A stretch of 64,000 nucleotides of DNA, from NCBI GenBank assembly GCA_963677495.2, contig CAXXOU010000003.1, positions 224,001 through 288,000 on the forward strand, in the 5' to 3' direction. This DNA comes from Candidatus Cloacimonadales bacterium (GTDB taxonomy: Bacteria > Cloacimonadota > Cloacimonadia > Cloacimonadales > JAFGVF01). Of this stretch, positions 9,258 to 18,343 are shown piece after piece. The translations under genes were made by a program, and so were the position numbers. The first letter of the stretch is position 1, and each line of letters opens with the position of its first letter. The notes beneath the pieces were generated by a model. The model searched no databases. It was not told the origin of the DNA and saw only the letters and a program-made list of their open reading frames with translations.

Positions 9258-10277
9258 TTATCTCGTTTTCTTAACTTGTGATTCTAGTTCCTCTATATCT
9301 TTTAAATCCTCTAAATCAGCTTGTGAAGCTTCGAATGCTCTTCGATTATCATCAAACACTTTGTAGATTTGTCTAACCTTTTCTTCCATCATTTTGTGTG
9401 TTATTGAGCCTTTGCCAACCAAAACTGGTTTTTCATTGAATTCAAGTAGTGAATCAATACTACTCTTCCAAAAGTCCAGTGTAATATCTTTTCTGTTTTT
9501 TACTCTTAACTCTGCTGTTTCCAAAAAGATAACAACTAATCTGTTTAGAGTATCAATTTCGTCTTTATTTAAGAAATTCTTTGCGATTGTAATATCTTGC
9601 TTTCTGACTCTTGTCCCTTTCCAAGAAGTTAATGCCATATTGGGCTTATTAAAATCTGCTCTTGCAACAACCAACTCTGCAGCTGTCTTTTCAGTTACTG
9701 CATATAACAGTTTTTTTTGAGTCTCAGCGAAAAACATTTGACAAGCTTTATCAGAAGTTTCATAGTCACTACTTAAGGCAAACAGATCTCTTACTTTCTG
9801 GTAGAATCTCTTTTCTGAAGCTCTTATCTCTCTTATTCGTTCTAGTAGCTCATCAAAGTAATCAGGACGACCATCAGGATTCTTTAACCTTTCATCATCC
9901 ATAACAAAGCCTTTGATAATGTATTCCCTTAGATTCTGATTAGCCCAGATTCTGAACTGGGTTCCTCTTTTACTTCTCACTCTGAACCCTATAGCTAGAA
10001 CCATCGCTAATGAATAGAAAGTTACATCGTATTTCTTATCATCCAGGGCAGTTGTTAAGTAATTCTTAACAACTGAAGCCCTATCTAATTCCCTATCCTT
10101 CAGTATATTAGATATGTGCATGCTAATATTTGGTATGGAGGTGGCAAAAAGTTCTGCAATCTGGTTTTGGTTCATCCAGACATCACCATCCTTTGCCATT
10201 AGGGCAATCTTAATTTGCCCATCTTGGGACTTGTAGATTATTAAATCTTGGGATTCATCTTTGTTTAATTCTTTCAT
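9258..10277 (-). CDS. RhuM-family (virulence RhuM-like) putative DNA-binding protein
   Basis: 'WMNQNQIAELF', 'GFRVRSKRGTQFRIWA', 'YFDELLERIREIRASEKRFYQKV'; start ATG 10277 after GGAG. Confidence 0.85.
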   Translation of the reverse strand: MKELNKDESQDLIIYKSQDGQIKIALMAKDGDVWMNQNQIAELFATSIPNISMHISNILKDRELDRASVVKNYLTTALDDKKYDVTFYSLAMVLAIGFRVRSKRGTQFRIWANQNLREYIIKGFVMDDERLKNPDGRPDYFDELLERIREIRASEKRFYQKVRDLFALSSDYETSDKACQMFFAETQKKLLYAVTEKTAAELVVARADFNKPNMALTSWKGTRVRKQDITIAKNFLNKDEIDTLNRLVVIFLETAELRVKNRKDITLDFWKSSIDSLLEFNEKPVLVGKGSITHKMMEEKVRQIYKVFDDNRRAFEASQADLEDLKDIEELESQVKKTR

Positions 10278-10356
10278 ACCTACTCCAGTTGGATTCATTA
10301 TATCTGAGAGAAGCTTAGTATTCAAGAAATATCTGTAGGAAAGATTAAGTCAAATG

Positions 10357-10392
10357 AAAAGGACTTATACTCTATCAAAGCATAAGTCCTTT
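10357..10392 (-). terminator. Putative intrinsic terminator after SDR gene
   Basis: AAAGGACTTAT...ATAAGTCCTTT inverted repeat. Confidence 0.55.
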
Positions 10393-10416
10393 AGTATCCA
10401 TCTATATTTTATTGAG

Positions 10417-11199
10417 CTAACTAAGCATCTCCTCAGTTATCTTTATCAGTTGTTCTATCTTTCTATGATTATAGGCATCAGGGTGTGCTTCTCCGAAGCC
10501 ACCTCTATCATTATCGAAGTATTTACCTGTCACACCTTTGAACTTCTCAGATGTACACAACCCTACCAAAAGGTCAGCACCTTTAGTTGCCGGAGACCAG
10601 TATTGTCCATACGCTTCATTAGCCATCTTAGTGTTTAACAAAGAGCCTGGATTAACTGCTATCACACTCACATTCTCAAGTTCTTTTGCTAATCTGAAAC
10701 TCCACATTGTAAGAGCTAACTTACTCTGTGCATATGATTCACTTTGTGAGACTTGCTTCTTACCTTTCAGTAGATCAATTGATACTTCTGATTGTGCTGC
10801 AGAACTAAGGTTAATGATTCTCGCATCACTCTTACTTTTCATTAAAGGTAGTAATGAGTTTGTCAGCAAGTACTGGGCAAAATAGTTGACTACTATTCTG
10901 ATGTCTAGACCTGTTGTATTAGCACTTTTAAAGACTCCGGCATTGTTTAATATAACATCTATGCACTTATAGTCAGCAGTTATTGCTTCTGCCATCTGTT
11001 TCACAGAGTCAAGCTTAGAGAAGTCTGCTACATATCCTTTAACATTAACATTAAGCTTCTTAACCTCATCAACAACTGTGCATAGTTTCTCTGAGTTGCG
11101 CCCATGAAGAATCAGTTTATGTCCTTGCTTTGCAAGCTCCAATGCCGAAAGTTTTCCGATTCCATCTGTAGCTCCGGTTACTAAAATGGTTTTAGACAT
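10417..11199 (-). CDS. Short-chain dehydrogenase/reductase
   Basis: 'TGATDGIG', 'NNAG', 'YAQSK' YxxxK. Confidence 0.92.
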   Translation of the reverse strand: MSKTILVTGATDGIGKLSALELAKQGHKLILHGRNSEKLCTVVDEVKKLNVNVKGYVADFSKLDSVKQMAEAITADYKCIDVILNNAGVFKSANTTGLDIRIVVNYFAQYLLTNSLLPLMKSKSDARIINLSSAAQSEVSIDLLKGKKQVSQSESYAQSKLALTMWSFRLAKELENVSVIAVNPGSLLNTKMANEAYGQYWSPATKGADLLVGLCTSEKFKGVTGKYFDNDRGGFGEAHPDAYNHRKIEQLIKITEEMLS

Positions 11200-11207
11200 T
11201 GTTAAAC

Positions 11208-11876
11208 CTATTTAACCCACTGAACTACTTCTGTTATAGCTCTTCGAGACTTAGGCCAATCCAAATCAGCTTTTTTGTAGCCAAATGCAACCATTGCAGA
11301 AAGTCCGAACACCTTTGAATCTATTAGTCCTTCAGCTTCAAGAATCTCTTCCACTTTCTCTCTACTAAAACCTTCTATCGGACAAGAATCAATACCTATC
11401 TGTGCAGCAGCAGTCATCATATTAGCAAATGATAAATAAGTCTGTTTGCAAGCCCAATCAAATATCTTTCTATCATCAGTAAGATCAAAATCGTTCTTCT
11501 GAAAGTTACCAAATGCACCCAAAATATTCTCTTCAACTTCTACAGAATATTGCTTTACTTCTTTAGAAATATATGAAAAATACTCTGAGCCTGGAACCAA
11601 TTCTGGTGCTTTCCTAGCCATGATTAAGACAAAATGACTTGCAGTTGGGAGTTGTTTCTGAGCTCCCCAGCTATATGGAGCAAGCTTTTCACGTAGTTCT
11701 TTGTTCTGTACAACTATAAATTTCCAAGGTTCCCAGCCAAATGAACTTGGAGATAATCTTCCTGTTTCTAGAATAAACTCAAAATCTTCATCCGGTATCT
11801 TTTTACCAACTTGAAACTCTTTAATTGCCTGTCTAAACTTATAAGCTTCAATTATTTCCTCTTTTCTCTTCTGCAT
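11208..11876 (-). CDS. NAD(P)H nitroreductase (NfsB-like)
   Basis: 'RLSPSSFGWEPWKFIVV', 'GIDSCPIEGF'. Confidence 0.92.
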   Translation of the reverse strand: MQKRKEEIIEAYKFRQAIKEFQVGKKIPDEDFEFILETGRLSPSSFGWEPWKFIVVQNKELREKLAPYSWGAQKQLPTASHFVLIMARKAPELVPGSEYFSYISKEVKQYSVEVEENILGAFGNFQKNDFDLTDDRKIFDWACKQTYLSFANMMTAAAQIGIDSCPIEGFSREKVEEILEAEGLIDSKVFGLSAMVAFGYKKADLDWPKSRRAITEVVQWVK

Positions 11877-12001
11877 AACAATACTCCTTAATTATCTATA
11901 CTTTCTTTCTTTACTATATTTAGTATAGTGTCATTTATGAGTATAGCAGTACTATGTCAATATTATTTTCTGTTTGGGACGTGAAGTATCTGATATCTTT
12001 C

Positions 12002-12784
12002 TTAGAAAGTTAGCAGTATTCCTCGATGATCAGAGGGGTTTAGGGAGTTGTCATAAGTTCTAGTATAACTACATTTTCCACGGATATGCATATTAAAACC
12101 GAAAATAAAATCAATCTCTTTATCCGGGAATGGATTTGGATATGTAGGTTTTGAATCAGAGAGTTTAACAAACCCCTTGGAATGGATTAGTTTTATAACT
12201 TCTGAATTAGGAGTCACATTGAAATCACCACAAAGAATATACTTTTTATAGTTTCTTTTAGTTGCGTAAGACATAATTTCTTTAGCATTTTGCATTGCTT
12301 GCAATGGAGCATAACTTAAGTGTGTGTTCAATATTGTAACATGTCCCGTTTCCACAACCTGTAGGTTACGAACATTAGAATCTTCTATGGGTGGATTGGG
12401 ATTCAAAATCAGATTCACATGTTCTTGAATCGGGTATTTACTAATGACGGTCAAGCCTTCCCAGATAACACTTTTCCCTTCATTCATTATTGCTTTACAT
12501 GGGAAGTTTCTTATTGTTGAAGCTTCATGATTGTAATACATTGCCGGAGCTATTGCTAAATGGTAGCCAATCCCAAATCCTCTTTGATTAAGTTCAAACA
12601 GTATTTGTTCAGCAGTGTTCAAACCAGTAAGTTTTGTTGATGGAGTTTCAAAGCAGAATCGAACTTCTTGAAGGGCTATAACATCAGGATTGAGCCTAAT
12701 AATCTCATCTACAATTAGACCAATCCGTTCCTCCCAGAACGGATGGTCATTGTAATTTGCAATATTCCAAGTTAGAATTTTCAC
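12002..12784 (-). CDS. Endonuclease/exonuclease/phosphatase (EEP) family protein
   Basis: 'LTWNI', 'ALQE', 'NTHL', 'GDFN', 'IDFIF', 'SDH'; GTG start overlaps upstream TAG. Confidence 0.9.
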   Translation of the reverse strand: MKILTWNIANYNDHPFWEERIGLIVDEIIRLNPDVIALQEVRFCFETPSTKLTGLNTAEQILFELNQRGFGIGYHLAIAPAMYYNHEASTIRNFPCKAIMNEGKSVIWEGLTVISKYPIQEHVNLILNPNPPIEDSNVRNLQVVETGHVTILNTHLSYAPLQAMQNAKEIMSYATKRNYKKYILCGDFNVTPNSEVIKLIHSKGFVKLSDSKPTYPNPFPDKEIDFIFGFNMHIRGKCSYTRTYDNSLNPSDHRGILLTF

Positions 12785-15654
12785 TATTGTATAATTAAAT
12801 AAGGACGCTTAACACCTGCTCTAATTTGAGTAGCAGGAGATATGTATCCAGTTTTGCCTATTGAGCTCTTAAACAGTGAGATTAGGTTTTCTCGCATTGT
12901 GAAATCACCGAATCCCTCAGTGATTATGAATCCGAAACCTATCTTCTCATTACCGGTAAGTGCCACTCCAATCTCATATCCGGAATACTTAACCCATTCT
13001 CTGTTATCAATGGAAGGAGCAATTAATCCTAAGACTCCTGCTTCTTTACATCCTTGAAGAACTGCACTGTCTACTGCTTCCGGACAAACAACAATCTTAT
13101 CTCGATTCTCTGCTTTTAAGATGTCTATTTTCTTTTCTACTAATGCAATCTTTCCTGAACGTTCTTCTCCAAATCCGATTACTCCATCAGCTTCGATACC
13201 ATGACATTTAATCTCTGCGAGTCTTATTGCATCTGAATAAATAACTTCACCGTTCACATATGCCAGCATCTCGTATGGTTTCTTATTGTAATGTATTGTT
13301 ATCGTACCTTTCTGAGTATCTATATCAGTTACAAATCCTGTTGCACTTGTTCTAATAAACTGCTGAACCTCCTTAGAGACTCTTTTTGCAATGATCTCAT
13401 GTCCATAGGCAAGATCTCCGACACGTTTTGTCAGATATCCCTTAATCTGATTTGGTTTAATTTTAAGTTTATTGGCAATATTAATTACAATAGGTTTAAC
13501 TGCATGTTTAACTTGCTCACGAATCAGCACTACTCCAGAATTACAGTTAACCTGCTCAATATACCCTGAAGTCGGCGAGTTGTAGTAATAAACAGATTTG
13601 GATATTCCCATTAATGCAGGCTCTGTATGTTGAAAGATTCTCTGGTCAAAGGAAACTTCATCACCTTGCTTAACTAACATTCCGGACTCCATTTTCTCAG
13701 GAGTAAACTCACTACCAAGCACCTTACTAATCGGTGCCATCATAAGCTTTGGAGGTTCTTTACGATTTAACCCAATAATAGTATCAGGTTTAACTACCGT
13801 CCCGGCTTCAACCTCTATTGTTCCATCGTAAGGTAGCTCTTTTCTTATAACAATATCGGTAGATTTTATATCGTTAGTATCCGGATGGGCAAACAAACTT
13901 TTTTGCGGAATGATATCTGTATGGTCACTATAAAGTTTCATTGTCTTATTGATTGACTTAAAGTCAACAAAGCATGAATCCATAGTGTTAATGACAATCG
14001 GTGTATCTGTTTCAAGCTTGATACTAGTTTCGTTTCCACTTAAGAAAACGTTCTTTTCAAGTTCAATCTCTAGCTCTACTTTACTTTCAACCGGGAAGAA
14101 GTAATATTCATTACTCATTATTTCCTGTGTTTTTCCACCTAGTTTAATGGTCATCAATTTGTACGCTTTACGTTTCTTTTTAAATATTGGCTTTAGATAG
14201 ATCCCTAATCTTTCAATTCCTTCTGTATTCAAAAGGGCATCAGCTTCTGTAGGCATAACTTCACTTAACTTACCAAGATGAGGTGATATAAAGTGCTTAT
14301 CACGCCATATTTCGGTAATACCTACAGGTCTGAAACCATGAATAACCATATGAAGAGCTTGCAGTTTACTAGGTGCATGAGAGATAACACCACCGGCACC
14401 GATTATAACATCCAGCTCTGAGAAGTTGAACTTCATGCCATCAACAACTTTCTCAACATATACATGATCCATAAACGGGTCACGTTGAACTGATTTAATA
14501 TTTGTAAATATGTTTCTTTGGTTCTCGCTGAAATGCATCTCCATATGTTGTCTAAAAGCAATATTGATTGCTTCTATCGCACAAGCCTGCTCTACGATAA
14601 GAGATGTCTGATCTTTTGGTACAAACTGTGGATAAAGCATTTTATTGCTAATATAATTACACACATATTCTGCACTAATTGAATCCGGTAACCAACGTTT
14701 TATATTCTCAATCCCTGTATCTGCCAGAACATTTGATATACTATAACTCATACCTGAGTTTGCTCTTACCGTACGATGATTGTTTCCATTAAGGTGAGAG
14801 AATATATCAGTAGTAGCACCACCAATATCAACTGTCATAAGGTTTAGCTTTTTCTCTCCACTAAGAATTTCCATTGATTTCAGCACAGCCTTTGGAGTTG
14901 GAATAATGTCATCATTAACTATCTTCTTCACACCTGAATATCCCGGAGCTTGCTCCATCACATTCTCCATGAATAATTCATGAACTTTATCCTGTGCCGG
15001 AACCAAGTTTTCATCTTCTGGAGTAGGACTGATATTTGGCACAATATGCATATCAAATTTGTCTTTAAAAACTCCGGCAATTGAATCTCTAATGCTCTTG
15101 TTTCCTGCATAAACAAGAGGTATTTTAGCTTTCCCGAATTTGGGTTCCGGATGTGCAACACTTAGAATCTCTGACAAGCGAATAATACCGGTAAATGCAC
15201 CCCCGTCATAGCCACCTGAGAAAAGGATTATATCGGGGTGAACTGCCTGCATAAGCTCCATCTGTTCTAATACAGATCGTTTATCATCTATAGCTATTGT
15301 TTCGAGAATAACTCCACCGGCTCCAAGAGCTGTTTTCTGAGCCCTGGCAGCTGATTCTACCTTGGTCAGCCCCACTACCAATATCTGAAGTCCACCACCG
15401 GCACTACTGGTTGTTAAGTATTTTATATCATCTGTGAACTGTAATGGTTCTTCACTCTGTATTAGCTTTGTATCAAGGTTCTTTTCAAGTTCTTTTACAG
15501 AATTTATTATACCATATTTAACATCTTCAAAAGGTTTCTCAACAGTTGTTGGGGAGTTGGATAATCCTGCAAGTTTTGCAGAGTCATTATCAAGTTCAAT
15601 CAAAATAGCTTTCGTCGTAGTACTTCCAATATCAGTTATAAGTACTCTTTCCAT
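12784..15654 (-). CDS. GlmL/MutL (glutamate mutase L-like, ASKHA ATPase) protein fused to a ~350-aa C-terminal domain
   Basis: 'TDIGSTTTK', 'SSAGGGL', 'ALGAGG', 'VDIGGATTD'; C-terminal part begins near 'RKELPYDGTIEVEAG'. Confidence 0.75.
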   Translation of the reverse strand: MERVLITDIGSTTTKAILIELDNDSAKLAGLSNSPTTVEKPFEDVKYGIINSVKELEKNLDTKLIQSEEPLQFTDDIKYLTTSSAGGGLQILVVGLTKVESAARAQKTALGAGGVILETIAIDDKRSVLEQMELMQAVHPDIILFSGGYDGGAFTGIIRLSEILSVAHPEPKFGKAKIPLVYAGNKSIRDSIAGVFKDKFDMHIVPNISPTPEDENLVPAQDKVHELFMENVMEQAPGYSGVKKIVNDDIIPTPKAVLKSMEILSGEKKLNLMTVDIGGATTDIFSHLNGNNHRTVRANSGMSYSISNVLADTGIENIKRWLPDSISAEYVCNYISNKMLYPQFVPKDQTSLIVEQACAIEAINIAFRQHMEMHFSENQRNIFTNIKSVQRDPFMDHVYVEKVVDGMKFNFSELDVIIGAGGVISHAPSKLQALHMVIHGFRPVGITEIWRDKHFISPHLGKLSEVMPTEADALLNTEGIERLGIYLKPIFKKKRKAYKLMTIKLGGKTQEIMSNEYYFFPVESKVELEIELEKNVFLSGNETSIKLETDTPIVINTMDSCFVDFKSINKTMKLYSDHTDIIPQKSLFAHPDTNDIKSTDIVIRKELPYDGTIEVEAGTVVKPDTIIGLNRKEPPKLMMAPISKVLGSEFTPEKMESGMLVKQGDEVSFDQRIFQHTEPALMGISKSVYYYNSPTSGYIEQVNCNSGVVLIREQVKHAVKPIVINIANKLKIKPNQIKGYLTKRVGDLAYGHEIIAKRVSKEVQQFIRTSATGFVTDIDTQKGTITIHYNKKPYEMLAYVNGEVIYSDAIRLAEIKCHGIEADGVIGFGEERSGKIALVEKKIDILKAENRDKIVVCPEAVDSAVLQGCKEAGVLGLIAPSIDNREWVKYSGYEIGVALTGNEKIGFGFIITEGFGDFTMRENLISLFKSSIGKTGYISPATQIRAGVKRPYLIIQ

Positions 15655-15759
15655 TATTCCTCCTAACTCGTCCCTATTTGTTTTCTGTATCTAAAGTCCT
15701 ACTAATATATGCGTCAAGTAAAAAGGAAGTTACATTAATTCTATATTCAGATCGATTCT

Positions 15760-15793
15760 ACCTTCTGAATGGTCCAGAGACCTTCAGAATGGT
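15760..15793 (+). repeat. REP-like palindrome, left member of an inverted pair
   Basis: ACCTTCTGAATGGTCCAGAGACCTTCAGAATGGT; hairpin; reverse complement of 16075-16108 with 3 mismatches. Confidence 0.75.
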
Positions 15794-15910
15794 ACTCTTG
15801 CAACTGTTCTTCGACGTTGAACGCCAATCTCATGAGAAATATTTAGAATCACTTGAATAATCAACCAATAGAAAGGAGCGCAAAGTCGTTATACATTCTA
15901 TGCTCTCTTT

Positions 15911-15980
15911 CAACACACGGGACACACTCGGGAATCTCTCGGGGCTCTCCCCGTGTAATTCCCATGAGATTCCTGAACAA
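15911..15980. repeat. 11-bp phased dyad array
   Basis: CGGG at 15918, 15929, 15940, then CCCG/CCCA/CCTG at 15950, 15961, 15972. Confidence 0.65.
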
Positions 15981-16017
15981 ATCGCACTTGGCTCCCGAGG
16001 ATTGAAAGGGGACAAAG

Positions 16018-16042
16018 AAAGTGGCATGCATGATGCCACTTT
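16018..16042. terminator. Hairpin, probable terminator of the lgt-lipoprotein operon
   Basis: AAAGTGGCAT-gcatg-ATGCCACTTT. Confidence 0.55.
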
Positions 16043-16074
16043 AAAAAACTTGAAAAAGGGTGTCTATCCGACTC

Positions 16075-16108
16075 ACCATTCTGAAGGTCTTAGGAGCATT
16101 CAGAAGGT
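16075..16108 (-). repeat. REP-like palindrome, right member of inverted pair
   Basis: ACCATTCTGAAGGTCTTAGGAGCATTCAGAAGGT. Confidence 0.75.
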
Positions 16109-16114
16109 GATTTG

Positions 16115-16675
16115 TTATATCCTCTTTATAGATCCAATAACACTCTCAATAATTGTGTTTTTTTCAACATAGAAATCCTTATCGATAAAGATATCAAACA
16201 TAGCGGTTTGCATCTCATTTAAAGGGATTAAGAGCTTGATGCTTACAAAGTTGTTTTCATTCGTAAACTTATATTGATAGAAATAAAGGTCATTGGCTTT
16301 ATACTCAGCAAAAGACATCTCCGGATACTTATCTTTAAGCTCATTCGTGAATCTTTCGTTTGCAACACCGGCATCATCAAGAATAACTGAACCTGCAATG
16401 AAACCTTTCTTCTCTGGAGCTATGAATACATTAAGATTGCGCAATAAGTTAGTATCCGACCTATTCATCTGAAACTTAATAGCTTCCATAATTACATTAT
16501 CTGCAATCTCCCAACCTAATGGAGGTTGATAGCTATAATTGTATGTTGAGTCAACTATAGCTGAAGCTAACAACTTCTGATTAACTCTAAAATCGATTTC
16601 AGGGACTTTAGGAGCTTTGTCACATGCTACCATCAATAGCGTGATTAGCAGTAATAGTATCAGTATCTTTCTCAT
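16115..16675 (-). CDS. Putative lipoprotein
   Basis: Signal peptide with lipobox LMVA|C; directly downstream of lgt. Confidence 0.75.
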   Translation of the reverse strand: MRKILILLLLITLLMVACDKAPKVPEIDFRVNQKLLASAIVDSTYNYSYQPPLGWEIADNVIMEAIKFQMNRSDTNLLRNLNVFIAPEKKGFIAGSVILDDAGVANERFTNELKDKYPEMSFAEYKANDLYFYQYKFTNENNFVSIKLLIPLNEMQTAMFDIFIDKDFYVEKNTIIESVIGSIKRI

Positions 16676-16679
16676 AATT

Positions 16680-17504
16680 CTAACTAACTTTCCTATTTTT
16701 TTTAAGTGAATAAACCAAACCAGTCACTCCAATAATAATCATTAAAGCACTCAGGAATTGTCCTTGGCTCATCGGTAATATACCCCAGAGTAATCCGTTG
16801 GGATATAATGTAGGGATGTTATCACGAACTCTAAAGAACTCAACGAATATTCTGAATATACCATACAGTGGGAAAAATGACCAGAAAACTGTCCCAATTG
16901 TCTTTGTCTTCTTCAATACAAACCACAGTATGAAGAACATTAGTATGCCTTCAAGGAACATCTCGTATAGCTGAGTTGGATGCCTTGGTACACCAGATGG
17001 ATCAGTAGGAAATATCATAGCCCATGGAACATTAGTCTGATGTCCATATAGTTCAGCATTTATGAAATTTCCAAAACGCCCCAATCCTAGTCCGACTGCT
17101 ACTAAAGGCATAGTTACATCACCGATCGCGATAAAATCGTATTTATACTTCTTACAGAAATGCCAGACCATCAGAATTACACCAAGTGCTCCTCCATGAA
17201 ACGACATACCACCGTTCCAGACTTGAAACAGAACTAACGGATTATGCGCAAAAGCGACAATGTCATAAAATAGTACATAGCCAATTCTTCCACCAAGTAT
17301 AACCCCTAGTGCAATATCAAAGATGAAGGTTTCATACTTCTCTTTGTCCATTTTGATGTTTCGGTATTTAAAGAAGCTTTTAGTTGCAAAGAAACCAATT
17401 ATAAAGCTGATAATATAAAGTAGACCATACCACCTTATCTGAACAGGGAAATTGCCAATATGAAATGATACGATATTGGGATTGAAATCAGGGAATTTTA
17501 TCAT
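16680..17504 (-). CDS. lgt: Prolipoprotein diacylglyceryl transferase
   Basis: 'IRWYG', 'GGRIGYVLFY', 'GGMSFHGG', 'GRFGNFINAELYG', 'RHPTQLYE'; start ATG 17504. Confidence 0.97.
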   Translation of the reverse strand: MIKFPDFNPNIVSFHIGNFPVQIRWYGLLYIISFIIGFFATKSFFKYRNIKMDKEKYETFIFDIALGVILGGRIGYVLFYDIVAFAHNPLVLFQVWNGGMSFHGGALGVILMVWHFCKKYKYDFIAIGDVTMPLVAVGLGLGRFGNFINAELYGHQTNVPWAMIFPTDPSGVPRHPTQLYEMFLEGILMFFILWFVLKKTKTIGTVFWSFFPLYGIFRIFVEFFRVRDNIPTLYPNGLLWGILPMSQGQFLSALMIIIGVTGLVYSLKKNRKVS

Positions 17505-17545
17505 ATTAAAACAATGGGACGGGCTAAGCCGTCCCAAATCCTTTA

Positions 17546-18328
17546 TTAGTTAGTGAGTTCTTTAAGTCGTTGAACAATCTTGTCCACAGCTTCTGCAGGT
17601 TCACCTTCAAACTTCTCAACTTTCTTCTCAAACTTCGGAGTAAAGATACCAACAACTTGGGTTGGAGAGCCGTTAAGCCCAATGTCTTTTTCATCTAATC
17701 CTAAGTCATCAGCGTTCCAAGTGATAAGTTCAGCTTTACGTGCATTTCTTTTACCACGAAGAGATGGTAATCTTGGTACATTAATCTCTTTCACAACTGT
17801 CATAACAGCCGGTAATGGCATCTCAACTCTATCATAACCATCTTCCATAAGTCTCTGAGCTACGAGTTTACTCCCTTCAACACTCTCAACCTTTCTTACA
17901 AAGCAAAGCTGAGGAATACCTAAATGAGCAGCTACACCTGGTCCAACTTGTGCAGTATCACCATCAATAGCTTGCTGTCCCATAAGGATAAGATCATAGC
18001 TCTCAAGTTTTTTTACTGCTGCAGCTAGTGTTAAACTAGTTGCCCAAGTGTCAGCACCTGCAAACTTGCGATCTGAAAGTAAGATTATCTCATCAATTCC
18101 AAGTGCAACAGCATCACGTAAAGCACTCTCAGCTTGTGGTGGTCCCATACTGATAGCTGTTATTTTTCCACCATGCTGTTCTTTGAGTTTGATTGCCTCT
18201 TCTATTGCATATAAATCGAATGGATTGATTATACTTTCAACTCCATCACGCATAAGTGTGTTTGTTTCCGGGTTAATTCTAATCTCAGTAGTATCCGGAA
18301 CCTGTTTAATACATACTATAATGTTCAT
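17546..18328 (-). CDS. etfB: Electron transfer flavoprotein beta subunit (EtfB/FixA)
   Basis: 'VCIKQVPDT', 'NPFDLYAIEEA', 'GADTWATS', 'DGDTAQVGP'. Confidence 0.95.
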   Translation of the reverse strand: MNIIVCIKQVPDTTEIRINPETNTLMRDGVESIINPFDLYAIEEAIKLKEQHGGKITAISMGPPQAESALRDAVALGIDEIILLSDRKFAGADTWATSLTLAAAVKKLESYDLILMGQQAIDGDTAQVGPGVAAHLGIPQLCFVRKVESVEGSKLVAQRLMEDGYDRVEMPLPAVMTVVKEINVPRLPSLRGKRNARKAELITWNADDLGLDEKDIGLNGSPTQVVGIFTPKFEKKVEKFEGEPAEAVDKIVQRLKELTN

Positions 18329-18343
18329 TTTAATACCTTATAT

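Noticed and set aside
9711..9718. T8 tract in the RhuM gene as a frameshift or phase switch
   Set aside because: Reading frame and RhuM similarity continue through it
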